DNA of 64,000 nt from Heteronotia binoei (taxonomy: Eukaryota), in contig NC_083239.1 of assembly GCF_032191835.1 (NCBI RefSeq), positions 1,612,001 to 1,676,000 of the forward strand. The letters are read 5' to 3'. How positions within the stretch are numbered: position 1 is the first letter of the stretch; each line of letters starts with the position of its first letter. The position numbers and the translations under genes are program-made. The notes under the pieces were generated by a model. That model did not search any database. It was not told the origin of the DNA and was given only the letters and a program-made list of their open reading frames with translations. Of this stretch, positions 29,221 through 43,343 are shown piece after piece.

Positions 29221-32200
29221 TTATTGACTATAGCTGTGGTACATAGAAGTTTTTCAGATAATTCCTTGCTATTGAGAATTCATTCTCAAGAAGATTGTGT
29301 ACAATTTAATAGAGAATAATCACTGTGTACAAGGTCATAAGAACATCTTATGTGTGTGTAAGACAAATGTAAGAGCCTTTAAAATATATTAGATTTTATT
29401 TATTATGGTTACTGTTGTTCTTTTGCAGTTTATTCCACTGCCAATCTAACCTTGTTAATTTCAATGTACCTACATGAGACAAGTGAGAAAACATGCTTTC
29501 AGATATGCAGTTAAACTGTGTTGAGTAAAAATGTGCACAGACCACACTTGTTCTAGGCTCATGTTGGAGCCTTCCTCCCACGACATAATAATATTAGTTT
29601 GCTGCACAACTAAAATTCCATCCCCCGAAATGTTCCATTTCCGCCTTGCAAATGAGGATACTTTAACAGGTTTAATTTTAGTTTAGGATCTCAATTTATG
29701 GAAGAAACTGTAATTCTGGTGAAGCTGTATGTCATAGAAAACTGGGGTTAGTCTCACACTGCCCTTCCTGCCCTTCTGTACAAGAAGGGGAGGGGAGTCA
29801 GGTCATGTTTTGTGGCCCACTCTTACAGTACAGTGCTATCCACCATTACTACAGTATAAACCCCATTGATTTCAGTGGACAGACTAAAATAACAGTGCAT
29901 CTGATTGCACTGCCAGTGTCTTAACTGTGATGCGGTTTAGATGTGGTTAGAAATTTTGTGTCCCCTGCCCCCTAGGATACAGAACAGCAACTGGAAATAT
30001 GCATCATAGTGGCACAGTAGTATTGTTGATGCTAGTCAATTCCTGTGTAGAGGGAATCTAGGAAATTATATGCCTATTGACCTAACTGTTCTAGGTAAAC
30101 TAGTAGATACTGACTTTGATGGACAGATGGCCTGATGCATTGTAGTTTGCCGCTACTGTATTTTGCAGTTCATAAAAATACAGATGATCCTTTCATCTCA
30201 CACAGATAACAGAAAAATCTCACAACTAATAAAAATTAGAAAAGTCCCATCCTTGTGACAGTATAGGACAGCTTTGGTAGTAAATTAACAGGCATCTAGT
30301 TGTAAGCCCATTTCGTAGTAGATCTTCCTCAGACAGTATTCACAGTAGATCTTCAGAAATTCTCTCCCTCTTATTTACAACTCAGCTTTTACATAAGAAG
30401 TAAGCCAATCCATTAACATTTCTGTAATCAGGCACAAAGCCTTCTGCTCTAATACTTGCCGGCAAAACACTCTCTAAACATGCTGGCAACGTGTTTTGCT
30501 GGCACGTATTAGAGCGGAAGGTTTTGTGCCCTATTACGGAAACATGAATGGGCTGGCTTGCTTCTTGGTAAAAGCTGAGTTGTAAATCAGAGGGAGAGAA
30601 TTCTGGGGAGCTAAAAACTTGCAGACTGTTTGGGTTGGTCTTAGTAAAAATGTAATATAATGTTGTGTTGAGCATTTTTCTGTGTCGCTCACACATATTG
30701 AACAAAGTCACCATTCACCCGGTTGACTGTGCCATATATTTCGAATTTCTTCAGTACCCCTACTTTGTTCCCATTTACTCTGTCACAAAGTCCTGTTGCT
30801 TCTCCTTAACACTGCAAGAACAGTCTGTTCCTGTGCTCACTTTTCTTAGCTAAAATACTTAGCTAAAATACTTGTTCGTACTGTGGCCATTTCTTGCATT
30901 TACTGTAACTTTGAGTCTTTGCTTTCCACTGTACTATCCCATTAATCTTTACTCCATTACAGGGCTCTGCTGCCAGCATCCTTTCTCTCTTGATCAGATC
31001 ATGCCATGTTCTATCTTAAATCTCTGAACTGGCTGCAACCCCTTGCCGTATTCAGTATGGATTCCTTGTCCTTGCTTTCAGAGCTATCCATGAGTTTGTA
31101 CTACCTTGTCTTTCTGCCCTTTCATACTCAGATGTTCTTCCCACTTTCCTCCTTCAACTCCACCATCCTTAGCAATGTCTTGAACCTGTGGTCTTCTGCC
31201 CACTAGTCAGGATCTTCATGTGGGTCGTGAGCCACTATAAAACTGCCTTTTGGGGGGGGGGTTTGCACACAAGCAGCAAGTGTGTTGCACCTCCTGTGAC
31301 TTTGCACATGTGCTCAGAGTAGCCGCAGGATGGTGGGGTAGGTCATTTGGTGGTTTTGACCCTAGGGTTGTCCATTATATGGTACATCCCCTGGCACTTG
31401 GCTTATTTTTCTTGCTCCTGACTTTCTTGCTGTGCTGACCTTTGACCCAATGAGGTTATAACTCTATCTCATATTCCAGCTCAGTGGGTCCCTTTCTCAG
31501 CAGGTCCTGGAATGTGGAAAGACTGAAGTCTTAAACACTCGGTTCATTCTTTCTTGCTTTCCCTTAGGCAGAAAACTTCCCGATGCTGTCTTTTTCCATG
31601 GAAAATTTTCCACACCACATGTGTAAATATAGTATGTCTGCCTATAGGTTTCCGAACTGTTCTGCTGTAAATCAGTAGTGCTAGGTGATATCGGATATGA
31701 AATATGAATAAACCCCGCTGCTTGTACGTGGTCTGGACTTACACATGGTGTATTTGCCTTTTGCTAATGGTATTTAAATTTTGTTAATATTATTTAAATA
31801 TTTAAGTTAGAATTGGAGAAAAAAAAAATTCTGGAAAACCTTCTGAATCAGATTTTTCCGGAGAACCAATAGCATAGCATATGTCTGGAAAGCTTTATTT
31901 AGAACATGTCTATAATGTTCATTTCTCCTTTTCTGTGAAGCCTTAGCTTTATCTCTTAATTTGTGTTCCCAACTAAAACCCATGTACAATCAGCAGCAGC
32001 AATACTCTTTGCTATTCTTGCCTCTCCTATTCTTCCAGTCCCTCAGTTGTCGACAGGTAGACTGTCCGCTCTTCAGAGCAGAGTCTTTGTATATTATAGA
32101 AACAACGTGGTTTTCTAGGCAGGAAGAACAGTGTACATTCTTTAAAAGTCACCATATACATAAGTAGTACTGGAACTAGAATTGAGTCCAGTACAACCTT

Positions 32201-32529
32201 AGAGACCAATAAGATTTTCAGAGTGTAAGCTTTCCTGAGTCAAAACTCCCTTCATCAAATATGAAGTAGTACTAATTATTAGAGAAGCAAATGTTCTTGG
32301 TTTGAAAAAAAGATTAACTTTGTTCTAAATGTTTTGTAGACAAATATTTATTGATGTGTAAAATTCTCCATTCCTTTTAGCTTGAAATCATGTGATTCTT
32401 AGAGATGTTTAAAAAAACCCCTAGAGCTTTAATAGCTGACTTAATTAGAAAAGTTATTAGATTGGATTAAATAGAAAATGTTTTTGTATTTCCCACCCTC
32501 TTTCCCTTGGTTCCCTGCACTTTTCCCAG

Positions 32530-32690
32530 ACGTATTCTGCACTCTAAAGGGGAGCTGAGTGAAGACCGGCACAAGCAGTATGAAGAATTTGCCCTGTCGT
32601 ATCAGAAGTTGCTGGCAAACTCTCAGTCTTTAGCTGATCTCCTGGATGAAAATATGCCTGATCTTCCCCAGGACAAACCTGTACCAGAAG
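32530..32690 (+). CDS. UPF2: UPF2 exon 4
   Basis: RILHSKGELSEDRHKQYEEFALSYQKLLANSQSLADLLDENMPDLPQDKPVPE; 161 nt; CCCAG acceptor, G|GTATGG donor. Confidence 0.97.
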
Positions 32691-33694
32691 GTATGGAATC
32701 GTCTAAGACTGGCAAGCAGAGGCAGGGTTTTCGGTTTGAAAGCCATTGGCGAATTTTATTTGTTTAGAGGACTTACGCGTGACCTTTTGCATTTACTTCT
32801 AGATCAGAACAAAGTAAGAACAAATAAAGGCAATCAAGTCAGTAATAAAACCATTCTAGCAGCCAAAACCCAACAGCACAGCTGAACAGTCCAAACCAGA
32901 ATAATCACAAAATACAACAGAATATTTGCCATGATATCTATACTGAGCTAAGCAACTAAAAAGTATAGAATTCTCATTTGAAAGCCTGGGCAAATGAGTC
33001 TTTTGACCTGGCTTCTGGCAGCAACAATGTAGGCTCCATGCAGGGTGCCACCACCAAAAAAGTCTTTAGTAACTGCCTGCTTTGTCCTTATGGGTGAGAG
33101 CTCCCAGGGCAGGGCTTGAGCTAAATATCTTAATTAATGAGCAGGACTGTTTGAGAAGAACTGTTCTTTCTGATGCCTTGGTCCGAGGTCCACTAGCGCT
33201 TTAAAGATCAGCACCAGCACTTTCCCAGTCTGCTTCTAGGTATAGTTCAGCTGGTGCCAATCTTTCGGGCAGGGGTAATAGGGGTTCTGTTGCCAACCAC
33301 CAGCTTTGTTTGACCTAATCCAAGTTTCTGGTCATGTCTCAGAACACACTGAAGATTCATGTTCATTTAGGATTTCAAATGCCCTGCAGAAAAAATATCC
33401 TGTCCCTTTATATTAAGCCATATTTCTCCAAGCCATTTGGCAACGTTGTATTCACTAGATGTTAAGACAAGGTAAGCAACTCTTTCTTTGGATGGAGTTT
33501 TATTTCTCCCTATCTCTCAATTCCTGCTGACGAATACATTCTCCCTTCATCCGGCAAGCCATCTTGAAGTTGGTCCGTGTTCTACTTAGTAGCAACTGGG
33601 GGCTTAGGCTTGAGAGAAAGTTGTGGATGATGAAAAACATGCTAACAACTTATTAAGTTGATGATCTATTTTTTTTTATATCTTATGATTCCAG

Positions 33695-33892
33695 AACACG
33701 GGCCTGGTATTGACATTTTTACTCCCGGCAAGCCTGGTGAATATGACTTAGAGGGGGGCATCTGGGAGGATGAAGATGCTCGAAACTTCTATGAGAACCT
33801 TATTGATTTAAAGGCGTTTGTACCAGCTATCTTGTTCAAAGATAATGAAAGATGTTCACAGAATAAGGATACCAGTAAAGATGACTCTAGAG
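33695..33892 (+). CDS. UPF2: UPF2 exon 5
   Basis: EHGPGIDIFTPGKPGEYDLEGGIWEDEDARNFYENLIDLKAFVPAILFKDNE...; 198 nt; TCCAG acceptor, G|GTAAGA donor. Confidence 0.97.
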
Positions 33893-34657
33893 GTAAGATA
33901 TTGTGGCATTTCTTCTCTTAAAACTTGGGGTAGAGAGAGCAGAGGGTTTACTTGTATGCAAGCTCTGTATCATGAATACATTTTTAAAACAGTGGCACGA
34001 GCCCTATGTAGAATAAACAGGCTGTGTTTGATGTAAATGTGCTGTTCTCATCGAGTTTATTAAAGCTGGCTAAGTGAGAAGTCTTTAAACATGTAAAAAT
34101 CCATTTTCCCCATTTTAAATCCAGCTTACTTTGACTTGAAATTTACAGTGCAGTCCCTCAGGGAGATAAATTAGATTGCGAAGTGGAGGCACTTGCTGAA
34201 GGTAAACGCTGTCCTGGTTGTGGTTCAAAATGAGCATTTGGTTAAGTATGAAGATCTGATCATGTGTGATACTACCAGTTGTCACCCTTGCCTTAAAAAT
34301 CCATTGCCTAGTATAGGTTCACTAGTAGTTTAACATTGTAGTCCTATGTACACTTACTCGTAGGAAATCTCCATTATATAATGGGACTTACTGCTGAGTA
34401 AACATTATTTGTGCTGTTTACCAAAACTGTATTTCCACATTTGGAGAGCTACATGTCCTCTAATGCACCCCCACTAAAAAATTCTGTATGTAGAAATCTG
34501 TATAGGAGGAAATAAATGGTTTCAGATGGTTTTGGTGGATGCTGAATCATTCTGTAAGAAAATAAATGGAGACTCAAAGCTTTTAGTGCAGCTGGTTGTC
34601 CGTGCACAATATTATTGTCCTTTCTGCTGTCGTCTCAGATTACCGTTCAGTTATTAT

Positions 34658-35192
34658 TAGGGATGGGCACGAACTGGGAAAATGGAGGTTTGTGGGGTCT
34701 CAGGAACCTTTCGGTTTAATAAACTATTTAACAAACTAAACTGTGGCATGGCATGGCTGGCAAAAGCCATTTAAAGGGTTCCCTTTAAATGGCTTTCATA
34801 AGCCATTCTGCTGCCGGCGGTGTAATTCACTAGTGAATTCAGAAGGCGTTAAATGCCTTCTGAGTTCACTTGTGAGTTGCAGCGGGGGTGGCTTGCAAAA
34901 AACCATTTAAAGGGATCCTTTTAAATGGTTTTTGCAAGCCGTCACCACTGCGGTGCTACTGACTACAGCGCTGAGTCATGCTGCCACTGCAGCATGGCTT
35001 GGAGAAGATTTAAAGGGATTGCAGTCTCCTTAAATGTCTTCTCCGAGTCCCACTGCCAGCGCCAGCATGTTTGCTCACACAAACCTCCCAAAGCCACCAG
35101 GGAGGTTCATGGAGGCAGGATGGCATGAACTGAGGTTTGCGAACCATAAATGGGGCCCAGTTTGTGATGGGTTTTGGTTTGTGCCTGTCCTT
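34658..35192. mobile_element. Non-autonomous hAT element (TAGGGATGGG termini)
   Basis: Starts TAGGGATGGGCACGAAC and ends GTTTGTGCCTGTCC; related to 45721-46509 and 53167 onward. Confidence 0.6.
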
Positions 35193-35509
35193 GGTTCTTA
35201 CTTCCCCCCTTCCTGTTGTCTCTGCCTTCCTCAGTTTTCTCTGCTCACTGAGCCTCAAACCTCTTGTTTCCTTCCTCATACCTTCACCTGCTTTTGTATC
35301 TGCTTCAGTTACTCTGTGAGGAAGTGGCTGCTCTTTGCAGCACATTGGGCAGCTTTCTCTTAAGTAAATCTCCCAGTGAGTGAGGAAGCCAGCCTGCTAT
35401 AGGATAGATATATTGGAAAATAATCCAGAAACTCAAGAGTGTTTCTTCTCTACATTCTCTTTGAAAACATCATGCTTCAAGTTGTTCCCAGTTCCTGGAA
35501 AATATAATA

Positions 35510-35870
35510 ATAATAATAATAATTAATAAATAATAATAATATTTTATTTATATCCCGCCCTCCCCGCCAAAGCAGGCTTAGGGTGGCTAACAACATAATC
35601 AGTTTGTACAATGAGTTATACAACAAATTTTAAAATCAACATTCAACTTAAAACATTCCAATTTAAAATTAACATTTCTGGTGCTATTCTATTAGATGCA
35701 AGTATGTATGATGGCGGAATCACTTAGGACGAGTCCATCAGTCATTCAGTCAGGTAAAGGCCATCCTAAAGAGGAAGGTCTTGCAGGCCCTGCGGAACTG
35801 TTCAAGGCTTCGCAGGGCCCGCACTTCTTCCGGGAGCGGGTTCCATAGGTGTGGAGCTGCAATGGAGAAC
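35510..35870 (-). mobile_element. L2 LINE 3' end
   Basis: FSIAAPHLWNPLPEEVRALRSLEQFRRACKTFLFRMAF plus the tail GGCGGGATATAAATAAA. Confidence 0.85.
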
Positions 35871-36254
35871 TGGGAGATGGGGTTATGTTGAACAAGTTCA
35901 GTCATAGATTCAGGTGGGTTAGTCATGCAGGTCTGAAGCATAGAACGAAGTTTGAAACCATTGGCACCTTTAAGACCAACTTTAAGACCAGCCGGGACTC
36001 TGACAGCCTCCCCCCCCCGCCCCCCCGGACCTCCCTGTGTCCTGGAGCCACCCCACAGCACAAACTCAGGCTGGCTCACCAGACGTTCCCAGGAGGCCCG
36101 GCGGAAGATGCCAGATGTGGCAGCGACATTGATTAGACCCCACTAACCGTGGGGCAGCCCACCAACGCAGGAGATGTCCGGAAGGAGGGGCGGGCCTGGC
36201 CAAGCACCTGGGGAACATGTCCAAGCACCACTGCGGGGGGAGTTGGCAGGAGTC

Positions 36255-36690
36255 TGGGCCTGAGTGAAGCGATACCATCACTTCACATGACCTGGACACT
36301 AAACTTCTGTTGATACGGCCCAGAATTGCATTTGCTGTTCTAGCTACTGCATTACACTGCTGACTCATGTTCAGTGTATGGCTCACTAAGACTCCTAGAT
36401 CCTTTTTGCACATACTACTGCCAAGTCTCCCACATCCTATAATGATGCAATGGATTTTCCTACCTAAATGCAAAACTTTATGTTTATTGCCATTAAAATT
36501 CATTTTAGTTGTTTTAGCCCAGTTTTCCAGCCAGTCAGGATCATCTTGTATCCTGACTCTGTCTTCTACTGTATTTGCTACCCCTCCCAATTTAGTATCA
36601 TCTGCAAATTTAATAAGCATTCCCTCTATTCCTTCATCTGAATAATTTATAAAGATATTGAAAAAAACAGGTCCCAGGATAGATCCTCGA
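36255..36690 (-). mobile_element. CR1 RT fragment
   Basis: GMPRGSILGPVFFNIFIN...GMLIKFADDTKLGG...DLGVLV..LNMSQQC motifs. Confidence 0.88.
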
Positions 36691-39600
36691 GGCATGCCTA
36701 AAGCGAGGGGGAAGGCACTCCACCCACCCAGTTTCTTCTTTACTGCCGTTCGGGATATACCTAACTCATTGCGTCTGCTCAACTTTATTGCGATCTTCTC
36801 CGTTTTTCGACTTTTCCTCGACTTTTCGTCTCCTTCTCTTCGCCGACTGGTATTGTTACAAAAAAAAAGACTTTATTTTCTCTACTATTTCCCTCCCCCA
36901 CCCCCCCTCCCCAGGCGTATGGAAGGGAAAGACTCCAAAACAACATTCAAAAAGTGTACCCGGTGTGGGACCAAAATTCCCTCGACCGACGGGCATTCTT
37001 TGTGTCTATTTTGTCTGGGGGAGGCCCACAGAATCTATACCTGTGTCCATTGCAGCTAGTTTGGGAAACAGGCCAGAAAAAATTGTGCAGCCAGACTGAA
37101 AAGCCACCTATTAGAGTCTTCGCTGCGGCCTGTAATGTCCCACGCTTCTGGATGCCAGAATTCTGCACCTTCCTTAACTCTGCAAAGGGACGTGGCTCAA
37201 CCGGCAGCTTTCATGGCATCAGCTCCCAGTAAGCATAAGTCCAGAAAACACTCTAAGAAATCCGACGATTCCAAGAAGAAACATCGACTTGAATTGTCCT
37301 CCAAAAAGACCTCGGATTCAACATCTTCGACATCGAAACAGAAAACAGATCGTCAATCCCCGGACTCCAGGCCCTCCAACCATACCATGACTTCGACCTC
37401 GCATCTGGCATCCACCTTGACTTCGATGTCGAAGGCACCTACTGCTCCGGCGGAGCCCTCGACTCCCATCGAAGTCATAAATGGGGAGGGATGGTGGCTC
37501 AGTGGTAGAGCATCTGTTTGGTAAGCAGAAGTTCCCAGGTTCAATCCCTGGCATCTCCAACTAAAAGGGTCCAGGCAAATAGGCGTGAAAAACCTCAGCT
37601 TGAGACCCCGGGGAGCCACTGCCAGTCTGAGTAGACAATACTGACTTTGATGGACCGAGGGTCTGATTCAGTATAAGGCAGCTTCATATGTTCATATATA
37701 TGTTCACATGACGAGGTCGTCCACATCCGATCCAGATCTCCTTCGGTCCATGAATCCCTACCAGAAAACATTCTGGACACTGAATCCTTGCACCTTCAAA
37801 GTCAGCGAGCTAATCTACTTGGAGCACACTCGTTCTGGGAGGTCTCAATGCTTCGCATTTTCCAGGACCTGACTGTCTCTCCACTGCACAGAGAGCCTTC
37901 CACACCCAAGGATCCGGCCACTCAAATTTATGTTGAATGGTCCCCACGCCAACGTAGGGATCGTTATTACTACTATAGTCCAACACACTCCAGGTCACCG
38001 TCTCCACGTAGACACCACCAATACTATAGATCACCATCTTGTGAAACCCATTGACCCCGGACCGTGAAGAACCATACCATCCTTGGTACCGTGATGTCAT
38101 TTATCAACCCGGATACCGTGAGTCTTGATACCATGAGGAATCCTATTGACCTCTGTACCATGAGGACGTTTCATACTCTCGATTTCACGAAAGTATACCT
38201 CCTCACCGGCATTACAGTCAGGAGACAAAACCATTATCACCGGCCCGGTCTACATCGGCCTTTTCGGCCACTTCGAAGCAACAGATAACTCAACCTGACC
38301 AACCTACCATTCCGAGTAAGCCTATATCGATACCCACCAAGCCCACATACATGACTCCCATGGGTGCGCCAGAAGATTCCGAGGCTGAGCATTCAGACTC
38401 TTCTCAATCACCGGCGTCTGCACCAGCATCACCTGTCTCTGACATTACCAAACCAGCCGATCTCTCACCATCTGAAGGATCCAAAGCTTATTTAGACCTA
38501 CTTACCAATATGGCTAATACGCTTAACATAAAACTCACTACTGACCTGCCAAGAGTATCAGACGTAGTCCATGATTTAGTCCATGCGGATCTACCTGCAG
38601 GCTCCTTCCTTCCAGTGCTCCCTCTTCACCTAGAAGGTTTAAAAGATGCTTGGGATAAGCCCACATCAGTTCCACCTACGTCAAAAAGGATCGAGTCCTT
38701 ATATAAAATTCATGCTCCAGATTCTAAATTTCTATTTAATCATCCCGCACCTAACTCCATGATTGTGCATTCTTCATCCAAGTCCAAGCAAACATGTCAC
38801 CCTGTTCCACCTGAGGAGGAAAAGAAGTTAGACACCTTAGGGAGAAAAATTTACTCCCTTTCTACTGCTACCTCCAAAAGTCATAATTATTTAGCATATT
38901 TTTCTGCTTACACCTTTAATCTGACATCCCAGCTTACTACAATGGTCCCTTCTCTACCTGACTGCACAGAAACAAGCATCACATATTATACAAGAGCTTT
39001 CCCGAGTCAGCAAGCAGTAAATTAATTCTGTTCATCATGCTGTTGCTTGCTCATCCAGAACCATGACCACATCCATCGCCTTACGACGTCATGCCTGGCT
39101 CCGTTCCTCCTCATTGCAGCCAGACATCAAATTTGAAATTGAAGGTTTGCCCTTCGACGGTCAGGGTCTGTTCAATACCACAACTGACGACATCTTGACC
39201 ACTGTTGACGACAGTAGAAAAAGGGCTAGGAGGTTGGGAGTCAATCAACAACAGTCTCAGTCTGGAAGCCATCTTATTACAAACGTCCTTGCTTTCCTCG
39301 ACAAGCTGATTTCTGGAAACGCAAGGCTCCACCAGCTAAACAACCCTTCCATCAAAGGCCGCATGCACAAACCACAAAAAAGACAACTCCGGCTTCAAAA
39401 CAGTCTCTTTGACTCCCTAATATCACCTATCCGCCTACCACAACACCCACCGACACCACCAGATTGCGTCCATTCTACCCCATGTGGGAGGCAATAACAT
39501 CGGACTCCTGGGTCCTGGCGATCATTTAGAGGTTACACCATAGAGTTCGATTCGCCCCCAAGGCTCCATCGATTCATACGTACTCCCCCTTCCCTTCCTC

Positions 39601-42600
39601 TTCAGAAGAGATCTCCACCTTGCTGGACAAGGCAGCCATAGAACCAGTTCCACCGAAATTCCATCACACAGGGTTCTACTCTCGATACTTCCTGGTTCTA
39701 AAGAGAGACGAGGGACAACACCCAATCCTGGATCTTCGCAAGCTCAATCGCCATATTCTATACAAGAAATTCCACATGATCACCCCACAGTTTATTCTAC
39801 CACTGATTCCGAAAGATGCTTGGATGGCGTTGATAGACCTTCAAGACGCCTATTTCTACCTTACCATCAACCATCACCACAGAAGATTCTTGAGGTTTGC
39901 CGTCGGGGACCAACACTACCAGTTCTGCTCCTTCCCCTTCGGCTTGTCGACTGCACCAAGCATCTTCACAAAATGCATGGCAGTGGTAGCAGTGACATTC
40001 CGTCAACAAAAAATTTCCGTATACCCTTACATAGATGACTGGCTCGTTGTGGCTCAATCCAGAGAGCAACTCCAAAAAGCCATCTCTACCACTCTGGATC
40101 TCCTATCTTCGCCGGGTCTTCAGGTCAACCTGACAAAGTCCAATCTGACCTCTACACAGGACATTCAGGTTCATAGGGGCACACTTATCAACACTATCGC
40201 ATAAGACCTACCTCCCTGCAGACAGGGTTCACCACATTCAGTCTCTGGCAGCTGCCATCGTAATGCACCCTACCCAAACAGCCTTCATCTTCCAATGCAT
40301 GTTGGGTCTCATGGCGGCCACAACTTCTGTCCTGTGCTTTGCAAGACTCTGCATGCGTCCTCTGCAACTATGGTTCGTCTGGACATTCCACCTGCATCGA
40401 CAACACCAAATGACCCTACTCACTGTTCCAAACCACATTCTTCTAACTCTAAAATGGTGGAAGATGGAATGTCATCTTCTAACTGGAATGCCGTTCATAT
40501 GGTCACCCCCGTCAGCCATCGTCACAACCGATGCCTCGAGGTGGGTTTGGGGAGCTCACCTTTGGACACTAACGGTACAAGGGCAGTGGACAGCCTATGA
40601 GAAATCCCTTCACATCAACTGTCTGGAACTCTTGGTGGTTCACAGAGCTCTCAAGTCATTCCTGACATCCCTTCAGGGTCAGAATATCCAGGTCACTTCA
40701 GACAATGTAGCGACCGTATTTTATATCAATCGTCAGGGAGGCACCGCTTCTGTCTGCCTTTTCAGGAGAGCCTTGTCCCTATAGCATTGGAGCATTGCTC
40801 ACAACATATTCCTTACAGCCGTACATCTGCCGGTAATCCAAAATGTTCAAGCAGAGGCACTAAGCCGCCACCTTGTGAACGACCACAAGTGGTCCCTCAA
40901 CCGTCGTTATCTTGGGACAGTCTTTGGGATGTTCCGACCATAGATGTCTTTGCCTCTCCGGAAAATGCTCAATGCCCTCGTTTTTACACTTGGGGCCCTC
41001 CATCCATGCTATCCGCGGGAGATGCTTTTCTCCACTCATGGTCGGGCCCACTACACTACCTGTTCCCTCCTATTCCACTGATAATGAGAACACTACAGAA
41101 AATCCAACTGGATCAGACCAACTGTATCCTTATAACTCCCTGGTGGCCCTGTCAACCATGGTTCACTACCCTCCTCCTTCTTTCAAACAGTGTATTCCAT
41201 CGTTTTCCTCAAGTTTGAGACCTAATCTCTCAACAGGACGGCAAAGTCCTGCATCATGACCCGGGACTTCTGCGACTGACTGCCTAGAGAATCAGTTTCT
41301 GAATTTCCCTTCAGAGGTCAGACATGTTCTGCTTAATGTCAGAAAACCTTCCACTAGAAGATCCTACTCTCGAAAGTGGAAACGTTTCTCAGCGTACGCT
41401 GCCCTGCACAATTTTCTCCCTGAACCATCATCTATAGCTCAGATTCTGACTTACACTTTATCTCTTTCTAACTCAGGCCTAACCTATTCTTCTTTAAAAG
41501 TTCATTTGGTTGCCATCTCAGCCTTCCATTCACACATTGAATGATGCACCGTCTTCTCTCACTCCACAACAAAAGCCTTTCTAAAAGGCATTTTACATCT
41601 TCAACCTCCAGTTCGTCAACTACATCCCACATGGAGCTTGTCTCTGGTGCTGAGCCAGTTAATGAAACCTCCCTTTGAACCGATGGCGTCCATTTCACTG
41701 CATCTCTTGTCACGGAAGATGGCATTGTTGGTCACACTCACATCTGGCAAAAGAGTCAGTGACATTTGTGCTTTTCGGACAGATCCTCCATACACTATTT
41801 TCCACCATGATAGAGTAATCTTACGCCCTGACCCTGCTTTTCTGCCAAAAGTTGTCTCGCCGTATCACCTGGGGAAGTCAACCACTCTCCCTTCCTTCTT
41901 TCAAAAACCTAGTGACGCCGGTCAACGGGCCCTACACAACCTTGACGTACGTAGAGCCCTCGCTTTCTGCATTGAAAGGACACATCCCTTCCGTAACGGC
42001 CCTAGACTTTTTGTGGCATACGGAACTCATAAGCAGGGACATAAAATCTCAACACAGAGGCTTTCAAAATGGATTGTGGCTGCCATTACCTTATGCTACC
42101 AATTAGCTAAACAGCCCGTACCTGAACGATTACGAGCTCACTCCACTTGAGCCGTCTCCACGTTATCAGCCTTCTGTAGAGGTGTACCGATAGAGAACAT
42201 CTGTGTCGCTGCGTTCTGGTCTTCTCCATCTACATTTGCCACACACTATGCATTAGACGTTCATGCTCGGCATGATGTATCCTTTGGGCAGGCCGTACTT
42301 CGTTCCATTTTTGACTGATGCCTCTAGTCTTCTGCCCTGTAAGTACAATACTTCTCTTTCTTATATGCATGTTTAACATATATTCTATTACAGAACCAGC
42401 ACCCGCCTCCGTGCACGTCAGCTTACCAGTCACTCATGTGTGGGACTGCACAGAGACCACGATGAAGATAAACAAGTTGCTTACCTGTAACTGATGATCT
42501 TCGAGTGGTCATCTGTGCAGTCACACACGCCCACCCAGTCTTCCCCACTGCTGGTTTATGCTCTACTTTATTTATCTTTCTCTATACAGCGGCTAGAAGA

Positions 42601-42810
42601 AACTGGGTGGGTGGAGCACCTTCCCCCTCGCTCTAGTCATGCACAGTGGATGCCTGCTCCGTGGGCGAAGAGGGAATGTGCGCCAAAATAAACGCCTAAG
42701 CTAGCTTTGAATTCTCTGAGGTCGGGTTCGTTCCAGGCGGAAAACCCATGTGTGTGACTGCACAGATGACCACTCAAAGATCATCAGTTACAGGTAAGCA
42801 ACCTGTTTTT
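36691..42810 (+). mobile_element. DIRS1-type tyrosine-recombinase retrotransposon, near full length, decayed (UPF2 intron 5, sense)
   Basis: Gag with Cys/His finger (FKKCTRCGTKIPSTDGHSLCLFCLGEAH, ATG 36919) and C-terminal RRHAWLRSS..IEGLPFDGQGLF; RT (GFYSRYFLV, ILDLRKLN, IDLQDAYF, PFGLSTAP, YPYIDDWL); RNase H (TTDAS, HINCLEL, SDNVATVFYINRQGG); methyltransferase-like domain (IDVFAS, YLFPP); YR (LTSGKRVSDI, LRAHST); ICR at about 42435-42530 and right ITR to about 42808; truncated left ITR at 36691-36738. Confidence 0.93.
37484..37698 (+). mobile_element. Squam2-like SINE nested in the DIRS gag
   Basis: Full monomer interrupting ORF1. Confidence 0.88.
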
Positions 42811-43193
42811 GTCACTTCTCTCCAAGAGGTTGAGGAACCTCTGCTTTCAGTGCGATACACCTAACAGTAACAGGATCCAACCCACATTTTACCAATTTGT
42901 TAACAAGTGTATTATGTGGAAACTTATCAAAAGCCTTTGTGAAATCAAGATAAATTACGTCTACATTGCTGCTTTTCTATTCCTTCTGTGAAAAACAAAG
43001 AATACCCACACTTTATTTTTCTTATAGAAGTGGGGAGTGCATGAGACATCCTGGAATATGAGGAAGTTTAAAAGCTGCAAAGAGCAATCAAATTAAATAC
43101 CAGATACAGTGAACTGCTTTTGAATAAGTAAAATCTATAGAGGCTGAAGGGCAAGCAATAGAAGAAATTATGAATTCTGTTGTTTTGAAACAG

Positions 43194-43343
43194 AGTTGAA
43201 AGAAATTAAAGATAACAAAGATGTGTCTGCTAGTGAAGATTTGGAGTTGGACCTTGAAAATCTGGATATTAATGATGATCCCCTTGAGTTGGAGTGTGGA
43301 GATGAAGCAGAAGATCTTGCAAAGAAGCTTCTCGACGAGCAAG
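43194..43343 (+). CDS. UPF2: UPF2 exon 6
   Basis: ELKEIKDNKDVSASEDLELDLENLDINDDPLELECGDEAEDLAKKLLDEQ; 150 nt; AACAG acceptor, G|GTAAAA donor. Confidence 0.96.
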
